Shown one piece after another: positions 13,904-26,600 of a stretch of DNA of 64,000 nt. The notes beneath the pieces are model-generated. The model saw only the letters and a list, made by a program, of their open reading frames with translations, ran no database searches and had not been told where the DNA came from. The stretch lies in the NCBI RefSeq assembly GCF_026571515.1, contig NW_026853862.1, forward strand, positions 1 to 64,000, in the 5' to 3' direction. This DNA is from Ruditapes philippinarum (Eukaryota). Numbering within the stretch: position 1 is the first letter of the stretch; the number at the start of each line of letters is the position of its first letter. Both the position numbers and the translations under genes were made by a program.

Positions 13904-14729
13904 TTCTTTCTCTTTTTTTTAGGAAGTTTAGAAAATTCCTGATTTTCTGAATTTCTTTTAATGTATCCTTTCCCTTGAAGTAAAGTACAATGTATTCGAG
14001 TTTGAAAGGTTTTCTTTAAGAGATTTTTTCGATTGTTTTGAAAGTTATAACATAGGCCATATAATTATATACATGTAATGATATGTGATCATATGAGGGA
14101 CCAAAGGTTTTGTTTAATTTTATGATATGGTAGTTTGATAAGCCTGTATCAGTTTTATAATGTTTAAAGTTAAAATCTGTGTTCTTGTTATCAAAATAAT
14201 ATCAGTTCACTCTTGTTGTAAAATCGTTCTACCTTTGACTTTTCTTGATAATACATGTATCTAAGGCAGTTATAATGTAAAGGTATGATACTGGATCAAG
14301 CAGTGCATGTCTAGATAAAAGAATAAAATGAGATCTTTTAAAAGAGTTGAAATTAAAGACATTCTGCATTTCTGCATGCCTGTACTTTTGATATCTGGAA
14401 AATATATGTGAACAATGTGGTTTTGTTTGGACTACAAAAGTTATATAAACCATAGCCTTAGGATAAACATTGGCTATGCCCTGAATATCACTTAGTTTTT
14501 ATGCCCGTCATGATGATAAGAGGTTACATGCGTTTGAAAACCTTGTACTTCTCATAACTCTGTCATGCTTCAAGGGATTTTGAAATAATTTGGCACAAAT
14601 GTGTAGCATGATAGACGGTGTTTAATGGGCATGGCCTATATCCCTTTTCTTTAATACAATTATTCTTATTCAAAATTCAAACAGTGATTTTGTAAACTTT
14701 AGGATGTAGATATATAGCTTTATACATTC

Positions 14730-15090
14730 TAAAATATAGCAGTACAGCAACTTAAAAATATAACATTCCCGACAATTAAGTAAGCATTCCAGGGACTTAG
14801 AGAATAGCATTCCAGAAACTTAAAGTATAGCAGTCGTGAAAATAATTTTAGTATCACATGAGTATTTCATGCATTCCAGATACTCAAAAGTAAAGCATTC
14901 CAGAGACTTCATGGTAAAGCATTTCAGAGACATAAAATATAGCATTCCTATTCCATAGACCGAAAGTAAAGCATTTCAGAGACTCAAAAGTAAAGCATTC
15001 CAGAGACAGAAAAGTATTACATTCCAGGGACCTAAAAGTATAGCATTGAATGGACCAGAAACTTAAAAGCATAGCATGCCTGAGACTTGT
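14730..15090. repeat. Degenerate 23-24 bp tandem repeat (TAGCATTCCAGAGACTTAAAGTA)
   Basis: Repeated AGCATTCCAGAGACT units immediately upstream of the NEMF pseudo-exon. The same repeat occurs at ~46540-46700, ~52200-52640 and ~53755. Confidence 0.8.
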
Positions 15091-15996
15091 GAACATGTAA
15101 ATAGATATATTTTTTCAATTATTTTATAATATTATTAATAGGAGATGTGTATGTGCATATTGACCTTCATGGTGCTAGCAGTGTGATTATCAAGCATGAC
15201 ACTGGGGGAACCAATACCACCAAAGACTCTGAATGAAGTTGGAACCATGGCTATATTTAACAGTGCAGCCTGGGATGCTGAAGTGGTAACCAGTGCCTGG
15301 TGGGTGTATCCTAGTCAGGTATCAAAGACTGCGTCCTCTGGGGAGTATCTCGCCACTGGTAGTTTCATGATCAGAGGTTGGTAAATGAAAAATATGACAT
15401 TCTTTCACTTGAATATTTTAGATTTTTTCCATAGAAATAGTCTTTAAATTATAGCTTTTAATCCGAATTGCTGGAACATTTGCAAAATTGTTGCTTTATG
15501 ATTGGGAAGATTTTGAATAAATTGGCACAAATAATCACGAGACTATGTGCTTATGATATGCATGGTACAACATCAAGGTCGTGGTTGGTTAAAGGTAAAA
15601 AAATACACATTTATGTCCATGCGGAAGGGGATTTAGCTGTTCTTTAGACTGCCTTTTTCTGTGTTAATAGGCAAGAAATTCAAAATATTTGTTTTCTGCT
15701 TAAGAAAGGATAGGTATAGTTTTTGGAATCTGATTAAGTGGTATGCCAAAATATAAATTAGTCTTTAATACCATGCATATTGAAAGTAATTATAATTGTT
15801 AAAACCGCACACCTTTAGATTCATGCTAATTTTCATCCAACTTACAATCCATGTGAATTACCAAAAAGAATTCAAAATAATCATCTGATGATGAGCAAAC
15901 AAATAATGATAAAAGTGATGATACTGATAGAGAAAATGCCAAAAATGACTCAAAGAATGACGAAAAAGCAGATAATAGTGCAAGTACTAAAGTAAA

Positions 15997-16158
15997 AGTA
16001 ATATAGGTTATTACGCTTCTCCCCCACCCTAAAAAAAAAAAATATCATCCCGTTATACCCCCAAATTGAAAAGTACAGAAATGCTTAAATCATGATAATT
16101 ATAGTACCCGCCAAAAAAAAAAAAATTTTTATCCCCGGCGGGACTCGAACCCGCGACC
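15997..16158 (+). repeat. Polinton left terminal inverted repeat
   Basis: Reverse complement of 31733-31895; differences are mainly homopolymer lengths and a few small indels. Confidence 0.93.
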
Positions 16159-16199
16159 TCTAAACCCGAAAAAATTATATTAATAAAAAGTAAAAAAAA

Positions 16200-16846
16200 C
16201 TATATAATTTCCAAAACACAACTAATTGTTAATCCATTGTTGTTTATTTTCTGACCTTTCTCATCACAAACGCTTATACTTAATTCAGAAATATCACCAT
16301 GTGTCAATTGTTTGTATTGTGGATTACTAAAATTAATATGAACAATATCACCGAATGGTTTATTTTCAACGGGAACAACACAAAGAATATTACTAGGAGC
16401 ACCATCAAAGAAATTGTAAGAACTATTTATCTGCTCAAGATGAACATATAGTTGTTTATAAGGTGCAAAATCTATTGTTCTTTCACCGTAGTGCGTTTCA
16501 TTAGCAGTAAATCCTTTCTTATTTTTTAAACCCTAATATTTGTTTTTAAACCTTTACTTATATTCAAATTATCTGAAGTAATTAAAGAGGCAATACCATT
16601 TGTTTCATTTACAGTTAATGTAATATTATAATTGTCAAATATATCTACTATTTGTTGAAAACTGTAATAACCATTTGTAATCTTGTTAGGACTATCAAAA
16701 TACTTTGTATATATTCATCAATTAAATTATACCAACCTATAGTATAAGTAAAAACTCTTTAATCCGATTCTCTTATTTCCACATTTGTTATCTATATATT
16801 GTAGCAAATTTATAGTGTTTTCAATGTTTGAAATTGTTTGATACAT
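16200..16846 (-). pseudogene. Minor capsid (penton-like) protein, frameshifted as assembled
   Basis: Pieced translation MYQTISNIENTINL...GWYN...ITNGYYSFQQIVDIF...VNETNGIASL...PYKQLYVHLEQINSSYNFFDGAPSNILCVVPVENKPFGDIVHINFSNPQYKQLTHGDISELSISVCDEKGQKINNNGLTISCVLEII* fits the single jelly-roll minor capsid pattern of Polintons. Confidence 0.7.
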
Positions 16847-16862
16847 TTTTTAATGAATAAAA

Positions 16863-18220
16863 ATGACAGTACATAATTTCAAATACAACAAAGAAGTAGT
16901 TTATAATACAGGAGGAATATACCTTTAAAAACCTATAAATATAATAAAACAATCCGTTATTATTTCATCAGATAAATAAAAGTTTTAATGCGGATTTCCC
17001 AAATATATTTGAAAATTACCTATTACCAAAAATATCATCAAATGAAATAGTTAATAGATGGAATGCAGACTGGTTATCGTTTTTGGCAAAATCAATTAAA
17101 CTTTGCTATATGGGTGTGCTACTATACAGGTTGTGGTATAGATGTTAACAACCATTTAAAAGCAGGAGGGTTGACCGGTTCACTATTCTTATTTCACGTT
17201 TACTACCAAACAAGAAGAATATTATTTGAATTATCTATTGCCCTACCACAAGATAAAAGTTGGAATGCATTTAACAACAGTTATGACCGTGGTGCTTACG
17301 AAAGAATATGTAAAGAGTTTAATGTAGACCCTCATTCAGATTGGAGACAAAAAATGTATCCGAGTGGTGATGGTTTAGGATTAGTTCACACAACTAGTCA
17401 CTCTGCATGGAAACGAACTGATTTTAGACATGATTATTCTTCAAAACATATTTCTAGCAGCACATCATCTGATTTAGATTTAACAAAAATGACATTCGGA
17501 CCAGAAGTTCCAGGTGGAAGAAAATGTGGTATTTCATCATGCGAATATCTTCCACCAAAGAAAATTCATATTGATTATATTCAACAAGAAGATGATGTTA
17601 AGCGATGTTTGGATCTAATCTTATTCTCGATACTGCAGAAGGTTCTCGCGAGAGCAGGCGGCGTTCACGGATTGAACGAACAATATAGAACTATGCTGGC
17701 TATTCTTGTTCCACCAAATCTCAAACAAGAACTGATTAACCGGAAACAGGAACAGCTTTTGATGCGCGCAAAAGAAAAGTTTCTTGCAATGTTGAACGAT
17801 GCTATCAATACCCTTAGATTTACAGTATCCTAAATAACCGATGATCAAAACCACATTCAAAATTGCAGAAGTAAAGTGACTATTTTACGGAATTGGCTTT
17901 GTACATGTTCCTCCTCAATCCTGGAATAAAATTGGAGAAATACAAACTCTAATAATAAAATTAAACAAAATGATATCAAAAAGCTCGGATTGAATAATGA
18001 TGTTAATATTCAACCAATTCCAACAATTATACATACAGAAATTAAAGGAACGCCAACAAAGAAATCTTTACCAGAACCTAAAGAAATAGCTAAATCTTTA
18101 GTTAAAGTGTCAGATGTAATAGAAAAAAATATATCAATAGAACACGAAGATAAAAGAGCAGCATTAATCGTTGGTAGTATAGTAATAGGTATTATTACAT
18201 TTTACTTTTTACGAATATAA
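16863..18220 (+). pseudogene. Polinton hypothetical protein with C-terminal transmembrane segment, frameshifted as assembled
   Basis: ATG at 16863, core ORF 17063-17833 (FWQNQLNFAIW...FHVYYQTRRILFEL...AYERICKEFNV...DWRQK) and tail ORF 17990-18220 (HEDKRAALIVGSIVIGIITFYFLRI). Confidence 0.6.
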
Positions 18221-19513
18221 TTATTAGCAGTTGCATACAACATTCCGACAACAAGAACAACTACAGCCCATAAATGTTCACCAAACCAGGATACAACTTT
18301 ACCCGCGGAAGAAAGCAACCAAGAAACAATAGCACCGATAATACCGGGCAATGCTTCTGCAGCTTTACCAGCTAGAGTAGCTAACAGTTTACCAAGATTT
18401 GATAATTGTTTTTTTATCCAGTCTTTTACACCACTTCCATCTTTTGGAGGAGGCTTAGGTGTTGTAGTTCCACCACCGGTAGTAGGAATTAAAGTCTCAA
18501 CAATAACACCAATAATCATTCCAAAAGCAGTTAAAACACTAACAATTGTAATTCCTTGTTCTCTAAATAATGTTTTTATTCTCTGAGCTAATGTAGTGTC
18601 TTCTTTTAATACTTTATTTATTGTTTCCTTTATCCTATTTACCTGACTACGTAATTTATCTCTATAACATTAATTACTTCCAGTCTTGCACTTTTTTTTC
18701 AAACTCCAAATCTCTTATTCGACTACTTATCCTTTCTCTATTTGGAATTCATCATTATCTGATTTGGCTTGTTCTAATTTATGTTTTTCTTTTTTCTATG
18801 TCTTTATTTGTTTCATTCAATTTAGTCAATTCATTTGCAATCTCTTCTTTTACAGTAGTCATTGCTTTGAGGACACCATCCATTTCTCTCTTTGTCATAT
18901 CTGTTTGTGTTTCTTGTTCGTCAGTAAATGATGTTTCTATTACTTTCACTGCAGTTTCAGCTGCATTAGGTAAATCAGTCATTTCTATATTATCAACATT
19001 AGGTAGATCATCTTTCACCTTTTGCAAGCTTTTAGCCGCTTGTGCTGATAATCGTTTTAGTTGTAGATCTATAATCAGGTAAGCTTAATAAGTCTCTAAT
19101 TTTATTTTGCTCCACCACTACCAATTCTACTCGACAAAGAACCCAAGTTTATAAAACTACCACCTTTTTTGGTAGTAATTTGAATATCTATATCACCTAA
19201 CTTTAAAAATAGTGTTTTATTATCAGGACCAAGTTCAAAGTTTGAATAATCAATAAATACTGGGTCTAACCCATACTTTTTCTTTTATCAACTTGTAATA
19301 TTCTTTAACTACATATTGTTTCTGTTTTTACTATTAATTGTGTTCTTGTATCAACATCATCACCGATATCCTAACGCAATATGAGCACTTTGGTTTTGTA
19401 TAGTTCTATTAAATTCATAATCATCATCTACAATTAATTATTATCCTCATCATAGTCATCTTTATTATCAAACGCAGAATTATCAAATTTCAAATTCGCC
19501 TTGTCAAGCCCAT
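18202..19513 (-). pseudogene. Coiled-coil protein with hydrophobic/amphipathic C-terminal helices (putative membrane-active virion protein), frameshifted as assembled
   Basis: ATG at 19513, acidic N-terminus, coiled-coil ORF 18779-19027 and C-terminal ORF 18202-18519 (KDWIKKQLSNLGKLLATLAGKAAEALPGIIGAIVSWLLSSAGKVVSWFGEHLWAVVVLVVGMLY). Confidence 0.6.
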
Positions 19514-19560
19514 TTTAATGTCACTTAAAAAATATCCTTCAAAAATTGTCCCTTCTAAAA

Positions 19561-20873
19561 ATGTCGGCTTTTGGAGAAGAAAATTACTAACCCCGTACAC
19601 TGAAAATTCAATAAGAGAACCACGTGGTTATATCCCCACAGAGGAATTCGTCAGCAGTGTTGTTATAACCAATAATCATTTCAACTATTGACCAAAAATC
19701 AAGAACGACATCCACAGGTCGAGATTTCCTAATCTAAGTAGCAATCGCATTTATTGTTCCCGGATCAGTCAGATTAAGCATTTGAAATTTGAACGAAACT
19801 CTAACAAGATGTAAATGCAACAGTATATCATGAACATAGGGACCAGAGGCAGATAATTAAGAAAACAACAATTAGAATAAGTGGAGCAAAGTTATGTCTA
19901 TTGATGATAGCGATATTTACCATTGTTATATCGATTTATGGAAGTCTCCCCCTGAACGTTTAAATATGGCCTATCAAGGTATCGGTAAAAATAATATGTT
20001 AAAACATAGGATTGGTGCTGCAGATGCTTCATCAGACAAAGAAGACGAGGCTGTAGCAAAAGCATACAAGAACAGATTTTGCATCCCACTTGATTTTGAA
20101 CTATTAGAAACTCATATGCCATTTTATCAAGCTGGTCTTGGTGACAGACTCGAATATGAACTTACTTTCAATGATTATGAAAAAGTAATTAAATCAACAG
20201 ATGCTACTTCAAGTTATACAATCAAAAACATATGTTTGGAATTCGATATGGTGTCTGACCCAGAACTTGCAAGACAAATAAGACAACAGGTAGATGGTAA
20301 AATGGTTATTTTATATGACAGAATACTAAGACACAGAAAAATAACTAAAAATAAATCTGATACGCTTTGGAATATTAATCTAAATGTTCCTGCTAGAAAA
20401 GTATGAAAGGTATTCTAATGTTAATCGAAGACCCGGAAAGAACATCAACTGAAACTTATTACAATCCGAATATAACAAAGCTAGAAATGACAATAGAAGG
20501 CAGTCCCGAATCAACTCATACAGTCAAGGAATGAAATCTTATCAACAGTGGGATGAGATAAATAAATCCCTTGCTTTTAAATTCAAAACGAAATAAAGAA
20601 ACAAGTATGATTGTAAAAGATTTATGTTTCACTAGTACAAACATTAAGAAAATATCTAACAAACAATTATGCATTATGGTTAGATTTACGTTCAACGGAT
20701 GAGAAACACCATGGTCTTCCGGAGAAGAATGAAAAGTGCAATCAGAAGGGTATAACAAACAAATCGAGAAAGAAGCAGGAGCATGAACTACTAAATTTTA
20801 CTTTATATATTATACAAGATGCACAATTAGATTTTGAAGAGGGTAGATCTTAAAAAAGAAATTAGTGTATTGA
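19561..20873 (+). pseudogene. Major capsid protein (double jelly-roll, hexon-like), frameshifted as assembled
   Basis: Core ORF 19894-20406 (NRFCIPLDFELLETHMPFYQAGLGDRLEYELTFNDY...YTIKNICLEFDMV...WNINLNVPAR) continues out of frame with MKGILMLIEDP...YYNPNITKLEMTIEG and ends YIIQDAQLDFEEGR. Size (~430 codons) and position next to the ATPase are typical. Confidence 0.8.
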
Positions 20874-20916
20874 AGTCGATAAGTAGAATTATCTTTTTTT
20901 TTGCGAGTTATTAAAA

Positions 20917-21536
20917 ATGACTACGCAAAATACATCCCCACTGCTGAATTATTTGCGGTCAAAACGGTTGCGGAAAGACTGAATTCGTTTAGACTTACTG
21001 TGAAAATCGAATATGCGGGTGTATTAAATAATTGTTATACTTTGTCCAACATTCACTGGAGCAACAGCATCAGCAAAAATCGTGAGTGGTATTGGTGACG
21101 TCGGAAACCGCAAAATCAAAAAATTCTATAATCGTGCAAATCCGTATCCCTCAATGGTGAAGAGAAATTAACAAGAACTATTAAAATGATTCTTCAAAAA
21201 AGACGCTGGTTCTCCTACTTTAATACACTCATGTGATCGATGCAGTCGCTGACAAAAAGATAACGAGAAAAAAGATATGCTTTGGAAATGCTTTTAAAGA
21301 ACAATAGTAATCGCGAGTTAATACAAAGAACAATTCATCTCTTAACACCCAGATGTCCAGAACGAACCAAACAACCGTACCTGTTTTACACAAACCGCAC
21401 CAGAGATAGCTTTGAAAATGTCTACAAATGATGTCATTCCACATCGAAGAAAGGCAAAGAATAAAAAAAGGAGACAGCATCGTAAATTATTCTTGAAAAC
21501 TGACCACCATACTAAAATTTATGGGTAGTTGATTAA
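20917..21536 (+). pseudogene. A32/FtsK-like genome packaging ATPase, heavily frameshifted as assembled
   Basis: Walker A ICGQNGCGKT at 20951-20980 directly downstream of the MCP gene, with a degenerate Walker B-like region near 21225-21250. Confidence 0.75.
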
Positions 21537-21552
21537 GTTATTTTTTATTAAT

Positions 21553-21860
21553 CTAATGCTATTAGTAATGCTTTAGAAATGTTTTAGTAATGCTTTAGGG
21601 CAATGCTTTAGTAATGCTAAAATCATATAAAATAAAAATAAAATTTTTACTTAAGTATGCTTAAGTAATGGCTTTAGTAATGCTATAGTAATGCTTAAGT
21701 AATGCTGAAAGTAATGCTACTAGTAATCGCTATAGGTTTTTACATAATGTTTTTTAAGTAATCGCTTTAGTAAATGCTATAGTAATGCTATAGTAATGGC
21801 TTTAGTAATGCTTAAGTAATGCTTTTAGTAATGCTTTAGTATGCTTTAGCCAATGGCTTA
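21553..21860. repeat. Internal 11-bp tandem repeat array (AGTAATGCTWW) in two blocks
   Basis: About 20 degenerate copies of AGTAATGCTTT/AGTAATGCTAT/AGTAATGCTTA, separated by an AT-rich spacer at ~21621-21650. Confidence 0.88.
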
Positions 21861-21896
21861 GATTTTTAATATTACTTAAAATAGAATAAAAATAAA

Positions 21897-22950
21897 ATGA
21901 TACCCTGAAATACTTCAAATACTAACAATTATAAACAACACCTGCAGCTTATTCGAGTAGTTCGCAAACTATTCGCGTATTTAATTATTATAAAATAAAA
22001 AAAATCTTAAAAATATACCTAATTGAAAATGATGCTCGAAAAAATACTCAAGAAAACCATACATGTTGATGAAGAATAATGAATTAGTATGAAATGAAAC
22101 TTGATAGATAGTGCATCAAATGTTATTGCTGGTGGAGGAAGTAAGACAACTATCTTGAAAAGAATACCAAATGTCAGGACATTGATACAATTGACAACCA
22201 GAACAAATAAATAAACCTATACTCGCAGATATGAAGGCTAGATTAGGTAGGAAGTAGTGACTAGACATTGGGAAAACTCTTTTATTATTTATATGTTATG
22301 GGTGTATCAAAATATGGTTAATGTTGTGGATCCCCCAAAATTAATACAAGATTTTAGAAGAAGATCCATTTGTAAATAATGCTCTGAATAGTTCATGTTG
22401 TAAACTTTATTATAATACGGAATGTATCTTGCTCCTTTTACTGGCTATGTTAACAACAGCAAAACATATTGATTTTAATAAACCTCCTGATGAAATTACT
22501 ACAGATAATGAATTAGAAAATATTACTATAAAAAAATGACGAGTGAAAAAGTTGAAATTATTATGACCGGATGAAAAAGAAAAAACTAAAGAAAAAACGA
22601 AAAACCAAAAAGAGTATCTGCAGGTAAAAGAATTGCAGAAGCTAAAAAATAAAAGCAGAATTAAAAAGAAAAGAAATAGGAAAATATTGATAAAGAAAAT
22701 AAACAATCTAAATCCACAGGAATAACAAAGATGATGATGATGATGAAGTTAAAAAAGTTAAAGAAGTTTAAATACATACAAAAATTATATACCTTTATGT
22801 CTAATTGGAGTTGGATTGGGAATATATATTTATAAGTCTTAACCTATTATAAAACATCAACATGTGATACAAAAGCAACCTGTTCTACAAAAAAAAGAAA
22901 TTGAGTCAAAAGAAAATAGTATAGGAAGTTGGTAAAAAAAAATTGTTTAA
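21897..22950 (+). pseudogene. Cluster of small Polinton hypothetical genes, heavily frameshifted as assembled
   Basis: TAAAATG-type starts at 21897 and 22536. Fragments include VVDPPKLIQD/EEDPFVNNALNSSCCKLYY and a Lys-rich KTKNQKRVSAGKRIAEAKK followed by hydrophobic YIPLCLIGVGLGIYIYK. Confidence 0.45.
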
Positions 22951-22965
22951 ATTTAATATATAAAA

Positions 22966-23211
22966 ATGGCGACACAAATTGATGGGAAAACAAATAGCGA
23001 ACATGTTATATCATGCTGGAGTGGAAACTGTATTAACAATTGGGTATTCAGAACTAGGAAGAAAACTATTGAAAAAACGCAGCACCAAAAGTAGATTTTA
23101 ATATGGGTGATATTGGAATGTTATCTATTGATATATTACTCGCAATGGCAAAACAAAAGGATATGTTGGTTAAGCCAGGGTATTATACCTAGCAGATATT
23201 AGATGAAGTAA
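22966..23211 (+). pseudogene. Small Polinton hypothetical protein (~80 aa), frameshifted as assembled
   Basis: MATQIDGKT/IANMLYHAGVETVLTIGYSELGRKLLK...PKVDFNMGDIGMLSIDILLAMA/KDMLVK... Confidence 0.55.
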
Positions 23212-23236
23212 TTATTTTATTTTATTTATTTCAAAA

Positions 23237-23670
23237 ATGGCTAAGTGCAGTAATATGATGATTTGGGTGCAGCGGGTTAATGCTTTACGCCTTTTCGGGG
23301 TAGTAATTATTTGTTTTCGCATATGGTAAAAATATGATATAGAGAGAAAAAGACAATGATAAACGCGATGGAAAAATTATCCAAGAAGAACAACTGCATG
23401 GAAATGAAAAGAGAACAGAACAGATTAGATTTTTATTAATGAAACAAATGAAAAAGGAACGTCATGCTACGGAAGAATTTGATAATGCTGATACAGCATG
23501 AAAGAATATTATTATATTACTGGTAAAACAATTACCGGCTTTACCTCCTAAAACCCGTATTAAGTGATTTCTACACTCCGTCAGAAGACGCAGAAAAAAT
23601 AGAGAGATTGCATTTATTATTGGTGGTATGGCATTAACATAACTGGTTTCTTGTATATAAAATTAAGTAA
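23237..23670 (+). pseudogene. Small Polinton protein with hydrophobic N- and C-termini, frameshifted as assembled
   Basis: Fragments GSNYLFSHM, MKKERHATEEFDNADTA, MKEYYYITGKTIT/LPALPP, VLSDFYTPSED and REIAFIIGGMALT. Confidence 0.55.
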
Positions 23671-26600
23671 AATAACCATAAGGTAAAGTATCTATTATCC
23701 ATTATCACATATATATCTTTTATCATCAAAAGTAGATAAACCTATTTTAAATCGATTCATTTAAATATATATTTATGTTTTTTATGTACTAAATTATTCA
23801 TTTTTTTATGAATTACTTTTTTCTTTAATAAACAATCTTCATATGATTCAGTATTAAATTCTTTTTTAGTTGTTTTATTAACACCTTTTGCAGTACATTT
23901 TGAATATAACATTAGAATCTTCTAAATATTCAAAACTATACATTTTACTTCTTATTCCAATGAAATTTGTCATTACATTCCTCTCCTAATTCATCTTTAA
24001 ATTTTCCAAAATTCAACTTTTTTATTTTTATTTGAAAACAATGGATGCTCCTTAGGATAATTAGACAAGTATCTAAATTTTCATTTATTTTTCTAAATCA
24101 GAATATAAATCTTCTGTATACTATATATTTAATACCATGCTGTCAGTATTCTTGATATAAAAGTTCATTATTTGGAAAATACTTTTCAATTGTGTCATAA
24201 TAAAACTTGTACATTACTAATTTAGAATAATCTAAAAACACACATTCCTAAATAAATAGGTTTTAGTAAAGTACATTGATTTATAATTTAATAACACTGC
24301 TTTAAAATTATTATTAAAATCTATAATTATCTTTGAAAATTATCGTTTAGAAGCTAATCGTTTTAAGTCTTCGGGTTTATTTATTAATTCAACTATACAT
24401 CTATTAGAAATATTTTCCAAAGTTTTTCCATAGAAAGAATTATTAATTAATTTCCAGAAATCTTTTTCAAAATCATTTGTTGCTTTTGCTTCTCAATCAA
24501 TATATGGTTTAACCAAGCTTTATGATTAAAGGATATTATACTATGAATCTTTGATACTTTTATTCCAAGATATATGTAATATTTTAGAATATCATAATGT
24601 ACAATATACTCTTTTTTATCATGAAGATCTAATATTAATTTTTCAACTTTTCCTAATTTATTATTATTTTGTTTTAAAGAAATCTCTTTGAATAATCTGA
24701 TATTCATTTTCATTAATTTTTCTTGATAAAGGCATAGTAGGAAACTTTCTTAATTTAATTTTTGTTATTTTATCATATTCTAAATCTACTTTAAAAATCA
24801 TTCCAACATCTTCATTACATTTATCTAAATAATATTTATTTCCTGATTTTCTACTTCTTCCCATTTAAAATTTTTATAAGGTAATTTTGCTGATAATCAC
24901 ACACCCATATAAATTATTTGCATCGGTATACCATAAATAATTAGGTTTATCTATTTTCTCATTTTTATTTGTATATTTATTAAAAGCTTTAACATATCTT
25001 GAACCTAATACTCCTGAAAATCCTCCTCTTGTTCCTCTTCAATCATAATCTTTCATATCTTTGTCTGTTAACAAATCTAATTCAATACCAGTATACTTTA
25101 ATCCTGCATTCCATGATAAACCAGGAGCAGAATAACAATAAGCTGGATCTATTTCATAATGTTTTAAACATATATCTCTAAAATTTTCAAATACATCTGC
25201 TAATATTAAAACATCAAGTTTCTGATATATCATTAAGTAATCTTCAAATGTTTTACAATATTTATTAAATATCTTTTTACCATGATTATATTCTTTTTCA
25301 GAAATATCTTTTTGATATAATATAGAATAAAATTCTTTTTTATCAGGAAAATTTTCTAGTTTTAATTTATCAAAAGAATCAAAATAATCATAAGGAAATA
25401 TTCCTTTAAAACTTCTTTCATTATTTTCAATATATTTTAAATCTTCAAATAAAGTATCATCCGATAATTCCCTTTTAAGTATTTTATATTTATCATCTTC
25501 TAATGTTTTTGATAAATTATCTATACTACTTAGTAAAAATCTCATACTATCTTTAAAAAACTAACTTAAAATATTTATCTCCGAATGTTATTGATATATA
25601 ATTTTCACTATCCTTTGGTAAAACTTTTACTTTATTATATTCAGTTTCATGTTTTAATAGTTCTTCTGTTAGGAAATGGAAATCATACCCACTTCCATTA
25701 TGAAAAAAGATTGGAAATTGTTTCCCATCTCTAGATTCTTTACTATTACAACTGGAACATGAAATTCCTCTAAATTCACCTGATAAATGATCATGTTCTA
25801 TTATCTTTTCCTTTCTTTCTAATTTCTTTTTACACATATAACAACAATCAGAAGTATTATATAGTTCTTCTTTTTCCTTTTTAAAATTTTTTCTGCATGA
25901 TAATAAGCCCACTTGATTTATCATTATACTTTAAACATGTTTTTATAAAATCTTCTTCGGCATTTTCACTAGGTGCATAGTTAATATTTTTATTCGGTAT
26001 GATATCCGGATAATCAGAAACTAATTGTAAATTATATGAAACTACTTTCTGTTGTTGTAAATTTATTGTATTATCTTTAAATGATAGTTTGATATTTTCT
26101 CTTTTTATTTTATTTCGTAGATTATCACTAATTTCGCTAATATCTTTTTTAATTTTTACTTTATTATTTTCACAATATTTTTCTTTTTCATATTCTGATA
26201 TTTCTATATGTCTACCGTCCTTCAATCCATTTATCAAAAATGTTGTCTATTAATTTGTTCAAAATATTTTTTTAATACAATTTTCTTTAATTTTATCCAA
26301 ATATATTTTAGTTCTTTCATCAGATATTTTATTATTAACATAATTATGATAAATTCTTTTAGCTTCTTTTTTAGATATTTTCTTCTTCTTTCATTATTTT
26401 ACCGATAATAATATTCTTTACTTTAGAATTAACATTATGAGATTTACTTTTTATTTTTAATTTATTTATTTGTTTTCGTAGGTCTACGTCAATATAACTT
26501 AATTTTATATTAATCGCTTCAAAGTCTGCATATCCGACAAATGGTAGTTTTAATTTAAAATGATGATTTTCAAATTTACATTTACTTCCTTCTGGTGGCA

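Noticed and set aside
14730-15090. CRISPR-like 23-bp repeats
   Set aside because: Head-to-tail degenerate minisatellite without spacers.
16131-16200. Full tRNA gene in the TIR
   Set aside because: Only the T-arm and a few flanking bases are present; upstream sequence is A/T tracts with no D arm or A box.
18621-19082. 153-aa plus-strand ORF and similar antisense ORFs (29104-29382, 30291-30820, 41260-41508, 43861-44070)
   Set aside because: Shadows of real coiled-coil genes on the opposite strand.
21553-21860. CRISPR array or (KALL)n/(SNAL)n coding repeat
   Set aside because: No unique spacers, eukaryotic context, and the 11-bp unit does not hold a reading frame.
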